Source of the DNA: Bacteroidia bacterium | Lineage (GTDB): Bacteria > Bacteroidota > Bacteroidia > AKYH767-A > JBBKVM01 | Reading direction: 5' to 3' | DNA length: 64,000 nucleotides | Assembly (NCBI GenBank): GCA_037969175.1 | Contig: JBBKWX010000105.1 | Coordinates: 3,437-67,436, forward strand | In this document: positions 41,663-49,855 of the stretch, one piece after another | Layout of the letters: the number at the start of each line of letters is the position of its first letter | Numbering within the stretch: position 1 is the first letter of the stretch | Translations under genes and position numbers: made by a program | Notes under the pieces: model-generated | What the model was told of the DNA's origin: nothing | The model's database searches: none | What the model saw: only the letters and a program-made list of their open reading frames with translations

Positions 41663-41701
41663 GAGCCCCTTCCTTTATCAGAAGGGGCTCTTTTTTTTTT
41701 A
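41663..41701 (+). terminator. Strong rho-independent terminator closing the division/cell-wall cluster
   Basis: 10-bp GC-rich stem gagccccttc / gaaggggctc followed by an 11-nt T-run. The T-run overlaps the stop codon of the convergent DUF3078 gene. Confidence 0.85.
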
Positions 41702-42646
41702 AAATTTTGCTGAGAATGTTACGCCAAGGACCTGCTTAAACTGGGTTCTTGGACCAGCACCTACTATGGTCTTAACTCCATTGATCTTTTCATAAATAGG
41801 TACCTCAATATCATGATCATAAATGAGGTGAGTAAAGAAATTGGTGCTCAAAAACTTATTTACTTTTAATGCAATTAGTGTTTCCCAATTGACATCAATG
41901 TTTTTTGCATTGTCTTTATCTTTGTCTGTGTAATTATTAAAAAGGTCAAGTTTTGTTTGAAAAACAACATTCTCCATCAAGTCCCTTTTATACTTCATAT
42001 TTAAATACGCTCCAAATTCAGAGCGGATATTTTCACCCCCAGCCGTTTGAACTCCAAGATCATTATATGTTGCTGCTTCCACACCATAAGCTCCGGCATC
42101 TGCAAGATCCTGATTACCTACAATAGTAAATTTGACCGTTGCCGGGGATATAAATAAAGAGAAATTCGAGTTTGGTTTATAATCCATTCCGATCGCGGCA
42201 GTCAAATAAGCAGGAGCTAAAAATTCTGATACTATTATAGAATCATTTGGGTAATTATATCCAGGTAAAAATTGACTTTTAAAATTTACAAGCGCACTGT
42301 AATACCAACTTTTAAATGCATGTTGCCCATACTTAGAATTCAAATCTAACTTATCATCATTTTTAATAACCGGAGCATCCCCAGATTTTATCAGACCATA
42401 TGACATTTCAAGTGAATTATCCCAAATACTTTTATTCTTCTTATAATCTGCATTTAAAGAAACTAAGCTATTGAAAGATAAGGAACCTTCTCCTCCTGCT
42501 GCCCAATTAGACAAACTAACCTGATTTAAGCCCAGTGTGAGAATTGCGGCTTTCCTCCAGCCTTCCGTACTATCCGTTGGAGTTTGAGCCATTAAAGAAG
42601 TTCCTGCAAATAACAATGCTGAAAATAATAATGTAAAATATTTCAT
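41699..42646 (-). CDS. DUF3078-domain outer-membrane protein
   Basis: Signal peptide and a beta-barrel-like pattern (LTLGLNQVSLSNWAAGGEGSLSF). Confidence 0.6.
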   Translation of the reverse strand: MKYFTLLFSALLFAGTSLMAQTPTDSTEGWRKAAILTLGLNQVSLSNWAAGGEGSLSFNSLVSLNADYKKNKSIWDNSLEMSYGLIKSGDAPVIKNDDKLDLNSKYGQHAFKSWYYSALVNFKSQFLPGYNYPNDSIIVSEFLAPAYLTAAIGMDYKPNSNFSLFISPATVKFTIVGNQDLADAGAYGVEAATYNDLGVQTAGGENIRSEFGAYLNMKYKRDLMENVVFQTKLDLFNNYTDKDKDNAKNIDVNWETLIALKVNKFLSTNFFTHLIYDHDIEVPIYEKINGVKTIVGAGPRTQFKQVLGVTFSAKF

Positions 42647-42731
42647 ACTATTCTGATTAAATGGTTGATACGTTTATTTTTACAGTCAAAATTAACAATT
42701 TTCATGCCATATAGTATGTCAGCATACTATA

Positions 42732-43397
42732 TTAATCGAGTACAAATCTCACATAACAAATGTTGAATCCCTTCTTGCTGAACATTTCTTCATAGGTGGT
42801 TTTAATCTTTAAAACTTCATCAATATCATCCATCCCATATACATCATCCGTTTGAAATTCAGGTTTGATCTTTAAAGTTTCCAAAACTTCCAATGTATAC
42901 TCGTAAAAAGATCTGTTATCTGTTTTCAAGTGTACTATACCCCCCTCTTTTAATATATGCCGATATCTTTCAAGAAATACTGAACTTGTCAGGCGTTTAT
43001 TTTCACGAATTTGTTTCACATGAGGATCCGGAAAAGTTATCCAAATTTCGTCAACTTCATGTTTTCCAAAATAATGCTCGATACGTTCTAATTGTATGCG
43101 TAAAAATCCGGCATTCTTAACCGGTTCTTCAAAAGCTGTTTTAGCACCCCTCCATATTCTGGCACCTTTTATATCAATCCCAACAAAATTCTTCATAGGG
43201 AACATTCTTGCTAAATTAATAGTGTACTCTCCCCTGCCACATCCCAATTCCAAAACAAGATCCTGCTCATTTTTAAAAAAATCGGATTTCCATTTACTAC
43301 TCAATGGATGACTTACTTCTCCATCAAAAGGTAATGGATGAACAATTGTTGGTAACAGATCCAACTCTGCAAACCGTTGTAATTTTCTTTTTGCCAT
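42732..43397 (-). CDS. trmB: tRNA (guanine46-N7)-methyltransferase
   Basis: LELGCGRGEY SAM motif and the TrmB core. Confidence 0.88.
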   Translation of the reverse strand: MAKRKLQRFAELDLLPTIVHPLPFDGEVSHPLSSKWKSDFFKNEQDLVLELGCGRGEYTINLARMFPMKNFVGIDIKGARIWRGAKTAFEEPVKNAGFLRIQLERIEHYFGKHEVDEIWITFPDPHVKQIRENKRLTSSVFLERYRHILKEGGIVHLKTDNRSFYEYTLEVLETLKIKPEFQTDDVYGMDDIDEVLKIKTTYEEMFSKKGFNICYVRFVLD

Positions 43398-43476
43398 AAT
43401 TCGAATGCAAAACTACATCAATTCAATGAAAATCAACAATTGCGTTTGCTTATTCTATTAAACATATATTTACATA

Positions 43477-44577
43477 ATGATTGAAAGAGTTGTTTTAATT
43501 AGTGCCCTTGATTGGGGATTAGGACATGCTGCGCGTTGCTTACCTCTTATAAACTCATATAAGAAAAAGGGTGCTAAAGTAATAATTTCCGGCTCAGGTA
43601 AATCCGGAGAATGGCTTCATAATAAGTTCCCTGAGGAACAATATATCGCATTACCCGGAATAGAAATAAATTACAAATTGAATAATTCCGGTTTACTATT
43701 TTCTGTCCTTAAACAAATACCTGCTCTCATTAAAAATATCAAATCGGAGAATAGAGTCATTTCTGAACTTATCAAAACAAACTCTGTTGATCTCATCATA
43801 TCCGATAACAGATATGGGGTTTATAACAAAAACGTAAAAAGCATTTTAATTACTCATCAGTTAAATATTAGATCCGGATCGCGTACTTTACTTCTGGATA
43901 AGATCGCAACAAGATTGATTCAAAATTACTTTACAAATTTTGATGAGATCTGGGTTCCTGACTTTGAAGGTCCACTTAACTTAAGTGGAGATCTATCACA
44001 CGGGAAGATGCATTTCAAAGACAAAATTAAATATATTGGCCCACTTAGCAGATTCAAACATGAATCAATCATAGATAAGGATGTAAAGGAAGTATTTGAG
44101 CAGAAATCAATGTTTCCAAATAATGAAAGTTCAAACCCAGTTACCCCTAATAATCAAAAGGTCCTTGCGTTATTAAGCGGTCCTGAGCCAACACGGACTG
44201 AATTTGAAAGTGAATTGATTGAGATATTTTCAAAAAGTAAACTACAGCTTGATCTGGTGAGAGGAACTTTAACTAAAAATCCTCATCAGACTGTACCAGC
44301 CAATATTCGCATCATTAATTTTGCCGAAGATGTTCAGATTAAAAAATTGAGAGAGGAAAATACAGTATGTATTATGAGGTCAGGCTATTCTTCTTTAATG
44401 GATCATTATTATTTGGGCGGGAAAATAATTTTGATTCCTACTCCCGGACAAGGGGAGCAAGAATATCTTGCAAGCTATTGGAATAAAAATTATGATGTAC
44501 CAGTAATAAATCAGTCAGAATTAAAATCAAATCTAGTTCCTCAAATAAATGAAATTCACAAAAAAAGTTTCCATTAA
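43477..44577 (+). CDS. GT-B glycosyltransferase (MurG/GT28-like C-terminal domain) of unknown acceptor
   Basis: N-terminal Gly-rich loop (ISALDWGLGHAARCL), 366 aa. Confidence 0.55.
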   Translation: MIERVVLISALDWGLGHAARCLPLINSYKKKGAKVIISGSGKSGEWLHNKFPEEQYIALPGIEINYKLNNSGLLFSVLKQIPALIKNIKSENRVISELIKTNSVDLIISDNRYGVYNKNVKSILITHQLNIRSGSRTLLLDKIATRLIQNYFTNFDEIWVPDFEGPLNLSGDLSHGKMHFKDKIKYIGPLSRFKHESIIDKDVKEVFEQKSMFPNNESSNPVTPNNQKVLALLSGPEPTRTEFESELIEIFSKSKLQLDLVRGTLTKNPHQTVPANIRIINFAEDVQIKKLREENTVCIMRSGYSSLMDHYYLGGKIILIPTPGQGEQEYLASYWNKNYDVPVINQSELKSNLVPQINEIHKKSFH

Positions 44578-45031
44578 TCTTATCATTCTATTTTTTATCC
44601 TCCATAATGGATGTGCAAGTTTTAAAGCCGTTGAATATAGAGAAATAGAAAATTTCAGTATTACTTCTATAAGTACACATCCTGAATTTAGAATGGATAT
44701 TAAGATGAATAATCCCAATGGTGTAGGTGCGAAAATCAAATCGCTCGATATGGAAGTACTGGTGAATCAAACTTTACTTGCAAAATTTGAGACGGATAAT
44801 AAAATTAGAGTAAATTCCAATGGTGATTTCACCATACCCTTAAAAGGCAATGCTTCGCTTTTTAATTTGGCTAAAATGATTCCACCTACAATAGGTAACT
44901 TTTTTGGAATGCAGGACATACCGGTAAATTTCAAAGGTGAAGTTGTCGTTTCTAAATTTATTTTCAGAAAAAAAATCAGCTTCGATTACACTGAAAACAT
45001 AAATCGAGATAAAATAAAAACAACAAAGTAG
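44549..45031 (+). CDS. LEA-2/Lea14-like (water-stress and hypersensitive response domain) lipoprotein
   Basis: Lipobox LHNGC and a beta-sandwich LEA14-like pattern. Confidence 0.5.
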   Translation: MKFTKKVSINLIILFFILHNGCASFKAVEYREIENFSITSISTHPEFRMDIKMNNPNGVGAKIKSLDMEVLVNQTLLAKFETDNKIRVNSNGDFTIPLKGNASLFNLAKMIPPTIGNFFGMQDIPVNFKGEVVVSKFIFRKKISFDYTENINRDKIKTTK

Positions 45032-46966
45032 TTAGCGTCCGGGTTTGTAATTAAATCCTATCATAGCCCATCTTCCCGGCAATTCAGCTCCTAGAATATC
45101 AGCATATACAATATCACCAACGTTTCTAATTTCACCACTTAGAAATATATCCGATTCAAGAATTCTCAGATCCATTCGTAAATTCCAGACGAAATAAGAA
45201 GATGTGATCTCTGAATTTATACTTTTGGCAAACTCTGCTGTCCGCTCTTTCCAAAGTCCATTGATACTTATATTAGCTACCGGTGTGTTCCAAAACATAC
45301 TACCATGAACTAAATGTTTAGCATGAGAGTTTATATACTTTGCTACTTGCAAAACAGTATCTGTCTCGGTATTCAGAAAGGTATAGCCCAGATTAAGATC
45401 CAAATTCATTTGGGGTAGGAGTTCCTTTCTGAATATAAAATTGCTTTCAATTCCAACAGTTTTTACTTCTGCTATATTTGAAGCATAGAAATAGTCGTTG
45501 TTCTCAACGATATTTACTGCGTCAGAAATAAATGCTCCTTTTGTGAGTATGTAATCGATCACATTTTCAGAATCCCTCATAAAACCGGTAATGCTAACTT
45601 TAGTATGCTTGCTCAAGTAATGATCTATTCCAAGATCTATCGTATTACTTTTTTCCGCTTTCAAATTTGGATTGCCAAGATTCCTTCCGCCGGATAATGG
45701 AAATGGGATCAAGGTAGAAATATATCTTTCGGTGTAATCTGCAGCACGAATACTTCTCCCAAAGGAGCTACGAATAATTGTCTTGTTTAAGCTATACGAA
45801 GCACTGATTTGTGGACTTATTTCGGTACCATAATTCTCATCATTATCCAATCGTATACCAGCATTGATGGCTAGTTTCGTCATGGGTTTGTATGCTGATT
45901 GAAGAAATAAACCAACATGCATATCCTCATGATTCCCCCTATCATTGCTCAGTACCGTTCGGTATTCAGATTGTACACCGCCGCCCAATGTTATCTTTTC
46001 ATTTAATCTGTAGTTATGATTACCCTGAATAGTTATTAATTGAGTTGTATGTTCGTTGGCCGGAGTAAAAGCGGGATTAAATAAATAATAATCTGTATTC
46101 CTTTTGTATGCTACATCAATATCCGTTGTTTTCGGACCAATATTCTTAAACAACTTAATATGATTCCAAAAATTACCGGTCTCCTCTCTACTTTGATCAA
46201 AGGTGCTTCGTGTGTAAAAATATTTTGCATTAAAATTTCTTTGATCTAACCCACTTCTCAGCATTAAATGCCACCCTTTGGGAAGATCAAAACCAAGCGA
46301 TCCGGATATCGTTTTCACATCAAAATCAGACCTCCCACCTGATTTTAATTGCTGCCCATCAGCTCTACTCGTTTGAACACCCAAGGAAGCAGTCATATGT
46401 CTCTTCTTAGCAAAAATTCCATTATCAGTAGTAAGTAAGCCATACTCTCCATATCCGGCTTTCAATTGGATATCTTTTGTACTAGTCGGATCTTTTTGCA
46501 TATAGGTTCTTGTGAGAATGTGAATCACACCTCCCACTGCATCTGCACCAAATTGAATAGTAGCGGGGCCATGCAAAATTTCAATTCTGTCAATCTCTAT
46601 CATACTGATCGGGATATTACTGTTGAAATGGCCTGTTAAAGGATCATTCAATTTAACTCCATCGATAACTACAAGTACCTGACTGAATGTTGCACCCCGC
46701 ATACTGATATCACCTTGTGTCCCAAACATTCCTCTGCTTTGCACTTCAATACCCGGTATATATTTTAGTAATTCATCAATACTTGTAACAGGCAGGTTTT
46801 TAATTGCTTCTGCTTCTATTGTTTGGACATACCTCCCGGATTCAGCTGTCTTTTGTTGCATCCTGGTCGATATTACCTGTACCGTATCAATAGTAAAAAT
46901 GTTATCCTGGGCCGAAACGCTGATACAAAAACAGATAACAATTGCCAATAAGAATGTATGTTTCAT
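45032..46966 (-). CDS. TonB-dependent receptor (small, 644 aa, BtuB/CirA-size class)
   Basis: Signal peptide, TonB-box-like TIDTVQVIST, plug domain and a 22-strand barrel. No carboxypeptidase-like N-terminal extension. Confidence 0.8.
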   Translation of the reverse strand: MKHTFLLAIVICFCISVSAQDNIFTIDTVQVISTRMQQKTAESGRYVQTIEAEAIKNLPVTSIDELLKYIPGIEVQSRGMFGTQGDISMRGATFSQVLVVIDGVKLNDPLTGHFNSNIPISMIEIDRIEILHGPATIQFGADAVGGVIHILTRTYMQKDPTSTKDIQLKAGYGEYGLLTTDNGIFAKKRHMTASLGVQTSRADGQQLKSGGRSDFDVKTISGSLGFDLPKGWHLMLRSGLDQRNFNAKYFYTRSTFDQSREETGNFWNHIKLFKNIGPKTTDIDVAYKRNTDYYLFNPAFTPANEHTTQLITIQGNHNYRLNEKITLGGGVQSEYRTVLSNDRGNHEDMHVGLFLQSAYKPMTKLAINAGIRLDNDENYGTEISPQISASYSLNKTIIRSSFGRSIRAADYTERYISTLIPFPLSGGRNLGNPNLKAEKSNTIDLGIDHYLSKHTKVSITGFMRDSENVIDYILTKGAFISDAVNIVENNDYFYASNIAEVKTVGIESNFIFRKELLPQMNLDLNLGYTFLNTETDTVLQVAKYINSHAKHLVHGSMFWNTPVANISINGLWKERTAEFAKSINSEITSSYFVWNLRMDLRILESDIFLSGEIRNVGDIVYADILGAELPGRWAMIGFNYKPGR

Positions 46967-47133
46967 AAACTATAATTGAGATCGCAAAGTTAATAATTCA
47001 GCAAGAGCTGCCTTATAAGAATATGACTTTGAGAAATCTCGATATAAATAAGAAACTCTACCTACTTTAGCAGCGTATAAACCCGGGTAAATTCTGGCAT
47101 CCGATTTGCGTACAAAATTGAAAATCAAACAAC

Positions 47134-47940
47134 ATGAGAATATTAATTTCAACTGCACTATTGCTTTCTTTAACTTTATTTTCTTGTAAAAAAGATAAAA
47201 CTGAACCCTTTACGGATACAAGTGCGGCTGCTGATAACGCCTTAGCTGAAGCTACTTACAATGATGCTAAGACGATTGCGGATCAAGCTGCGATCTCCGG
47301 TAACGGTTCATCCGGTTTGTTGATCTCAAATTGTGCAACTGTAACGCATGATACTACACAAAGCCCAAAAATCCTGACTGTTGATTTTGGGACCGCAAAC
47401 TGTCTTTGCACAGACGGAAGATACAGAAGAGGAAAAGTGATCATATCCTATACCGGAACTTGGAGAGACTCATCCAGCACGGCCAGTATTGGATTTGACA
47501 ATTACTTTGTGAATGATTACAAAGTAATGGGAACAAAAACCATTACAAATAATGGTCATAATTCAATAGGAAATTTATGGTACAGTCTAACAGTGAATGG
47601 TAGTCTAACTGATCCTCAAGGCAGAACTATGACCTGGGCTTCGAATAGATCCAATGAATGGGTAACAGGAGAAAATACGCAAGGCGTTTTAGGTTGGTTA
47701 GATGATGTTTATCATATCAGAGGCACCGCATCAGGCACTAGCTTTTCAGGTAGCAGTTACACGGTAATTATAACTGATCCTTTAGTTGTTGCATTAAACT
47801 GCAGATGGATCAAACAAGGTAAATTTACCCTCCAAATTTCAAACTCACCTGCACTTTATGCTGATTATGGAACAGGCACTTGTGATAATCAAGGTACAGT
47901 TACCATAAATGGAAATGTTTATGTGGTCTATCTTAGATAA
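47134..47940 (+). CDS. Cys-containing secreted lipoprotein, function unknown
   Basis: Lipobox LTLFSC, Gly/Thr/Ser/Asn-rich and beta-rich, divergent from the TBDR at 45032-46966. Confidence 0.5.
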   Translation: MRILISTALLLSLTLFSCKKDKTEPFTDTSAAADNALAEATYNDAKTIADQAAISGNGSSGLLISNCATVTHDTTQSPKILTVDFGTANCLCTDGRYRRGKVIISYTGTWRDSSSTASIGFDNYFVNDYKVMGTKTITNNGHNSIGNLWYSLTVNGSLTDPQGRTMTWASNRSNEWVTGENTQGVLGWLDDVYHIRGTASGTSFSGSSYTVIITDPLVVALNCRWIKQGKFTLQISNSPALYADYGTGTCDNQGTVTINGNVYVVYLR

Positions 47941-47960
47941 GGTCATATTATAAAATCATA

Positions 47961-47990
47961 AAATACCGGCATTACCCGGTATTTTTTTTT
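47961..47990 (+). terminator. Rho-independent terminator
   Basis: Stem ataccgg / ccggtat followed by a 9-nt T-run. Confidence 0.65.
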
Positions 47991-48027
47991 ACCTTATAAT
48001 TCTGAATTGTATCTATATTAGAACAGA

Positions 48028-49023
48028 ATGGAAAAACAAAGAGGAATAGGAAAAAACATTTTTATCCTGATGATAGTTGCGGGTGTTTTGCTTTTCTTAT
48101 CCAAATTATATGCATGGATATTAACAGATTCCAATGCCATTTTATCTGATGCGCTTGAATCAATAATCAATATTGCTGCAGGTGGGTTTTCTTTTTATAG
48201 CTTCTACCTTTCAGCAAAACCAAAAGACAAGGATCATCCATATGGTCATGGAAAAATTGAATTTCTCTCTGCTTCTATTGAAGGGACATTGATCTTTATT
48301 GCCGGATTATCAATCATAGGAAAAGCAATTTTTGATCTCTATGCTGTGAACGAAATTCAAAATTTACAGATCGGAACTTTGATTATTTTGGGAACAGGGC
48401 TTATTAATGGCCTTATTGGGAAAATGGCACAGAAGCATGCACTCAAGATAAATTCTACCACTTTGCATGCAAGTGGAAAACATTTGTGGAGTGACGCACT
48501 ATCTACTTTTGCACTCAGCTTAGGTTTAGTGGCAGTTTATATAAGTGGATTATTTTGGATAGATAATCTGTTGGCAATAGCTGCCGGCTTATTTATTCTC
48601 TATTCGGGTTATAAGATCATTCGATCATCAGTTGCCGGAATAATGGATGAAACTGATGACAAATTACTTGAAGAAATGATCAGTAAGCTTGAGCAGAAAA
48701 GAGATCCGCATTGGATCGATATTCATAATCTAAGGGTAATAAAATATGGTTCTAAACTCCATATTGACGCACACATCACATTACCCTGGTATATGGATGT
48801 AGCAACTTCTCATGAAGAAGTAAAAAAAGTAGAAGACTTAATCAATATCAATTTTGGAGAAAGAGCGGAATTTTTTTTCCATACAGACCCGTGCCTGCCA
48901 ACATCCTGCGCTATCTGCAGCATAACTAATTGCAAAGTCAGACAGCACAATTTTACAGGAACTTTAAAATGGACGACGGAAAATGTATTGATTAATTCAA
49001 GACATGGAAAAGAAGTTCAGTAA
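48028..49023 (+). CDS. Cation diffusion facilitator (CDF) family divalent-metal efflux transporter with a Cys-rich C-terminal tail
   Basis: Six transmembrane segments, HPYGHGKIEF motif, and a C-terminal cytoplasmic domain ending CLPTSCAICSITNC. Confidence 0.8.
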   Translation: MEKQRGIGKNIFILMIVAGVLLFLSKLYAWILTDSNAILSDALESIINIAAGGFSFYSFYLSAKPKDKDHPYGHGKIEFLSASIEGTLIFIAGLSIIGKAIFDLYAVNEIQNLQIGTLIILGTGLINGLIGKMAQKHALKINSTTLHASGKHLWSDALSTFALSLGLVAVYISGLFWIDNLLAIAAGLFILYSGYKIIRSSVAGIMDETDDKLLEEMISKLEQKRDPHWIDIHNLRVIKYGSKLHIDAHITLPWYMDVATSHEEVKKVEDLININFGERAEFFFHTDPCLPTSCAICSITNCKVRQHNFTGTLKWTTENVLINSRHGKEVQ

Positions 49024-49060
49024 TTTCTGAAACCTTAAACAAAAGTAAAAGTATAAGGTT

Positions 49061-49504
49061 TTGAAATATAAAAGCCTTATGAAGATTAAAACCTTACTCG
49101 CTCTTTTTTTTGTACTCTTTGCAACAGTTGGTTTTTCGATCAATGTACCGGATCCCGTGTATTCTAATTTCAAGTCCAAATTTCCGGACTCTGAAAATAT
49201 TCGATGGACTAAAGAAGGAAAAACTGATTTTGAAGTAGAATTTATTTTCAATGACAGGATCATGTCAGCGACTTTCAATTTGAATGGAGCCTGGATAGAA
49301 ACTTCAACCATGATCTATAATGAAGAAGTGCCTGTTCCTTGTGTTCAAAGTTGGCAATCTGCTTTTCCAGAATGGGGTGTTTCAAGAGCCTGGGTAGTTC
49401 ATCATGTATCCGGTGAAACCCGCATCGCATTGCAACTTTTCAAAGAAAAGAAAAAGATGAAATTGGTTATGGGTCCAAATGGCAACATTATTCCAATAAT
49501 TTAA
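49061..49504 (+). CDS. PepSY-like (beta-lactamase-inhibitor-like) secreted protein
   Basis: Signal peptide and a tandem PepSY-like pattern. Confidence 0.5.
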   Translation: MKYKSLMKIKTLLALFFVLFATVGFSINVPDPVYSNFKSKFPDSENIRWTKEGKTDFEVEFIFNDRIMSATFNLNGAWIETSTMIYNEEVPVPCVQSWQSAFPEWGVSRAWVVHHVSGETRIALQLFKEKKKMKLVMGPNGNIIPII

Positions 49505-49604
49505 ACTCTGATATCAAGGCCCTTACAAAATTAGTACGATCTTATTCTCATTTTTCTGTTTCAATTATTACTTTTGTCCCGCTTTGGTTCTGTATTCGAT
49601 TTTT

Positions 49605-49750
49605 GTCGAAAAGGATTAAAAGGGAATCCTGTGTAAATCAGGAACAGTTCCCGCTGCTGTAAGTTCATATTTATTTTTGCTATCATGCCACTGTTTTTCA
49701 TAAACGGGAAGGCTGCAAAAAGAGGACGAGTCAGAAGACCTGCCAAAGAT
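49605..49750 (+). ncRNA. Cobalamin (adenosylcobalamin) riboswitch aptamer
   Basis: Conserved blocks read in order: AAAAGGGAA (49618-49626), CCCGCTGCTGT, B12-box GCCACTG (49687-49693), GGGAAGGC (49706-49713), AGTCAGAAGACCTGCC (49729-49744). The btuB-type TBDR ATG is at 49856. Confidence 0.85.
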
Positions 49751-49855
49751 ATAATTCTGATGCTTTCGGGTAAAAAGCCAGGGATCTTTGGAATATATAC
49801 CCAACGCTTCCTTTTCTTTTTAGCCTTTGCATTTTTTATTCATAAAAATAAAAAA

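Noticed and set aside
46967-47133. Looked for a riboswitch (B12, TPP, SAM) in the leader of the 45032-46966 TBDR; the ORF track's 62-aa ORF lies here
   Set aside because: No B12 box (GCCACTG), no CTGAGA (TPP) and no other riboswitch core sequences were found on the minus strand. The 62-aa ORF has no features and sits in a divergent promoter region.
49561-49804. Minus-strand ORFs 49561-49746 and 49616-49804, and the upstream part of the 49685 plus-strand ORF
   Set aside because: They overlap the cobalamin riboswitch aptamer. The btuB reading frame only acquires a signal peptide at the Met at 49856, so the upstream extension is non-coding leader.
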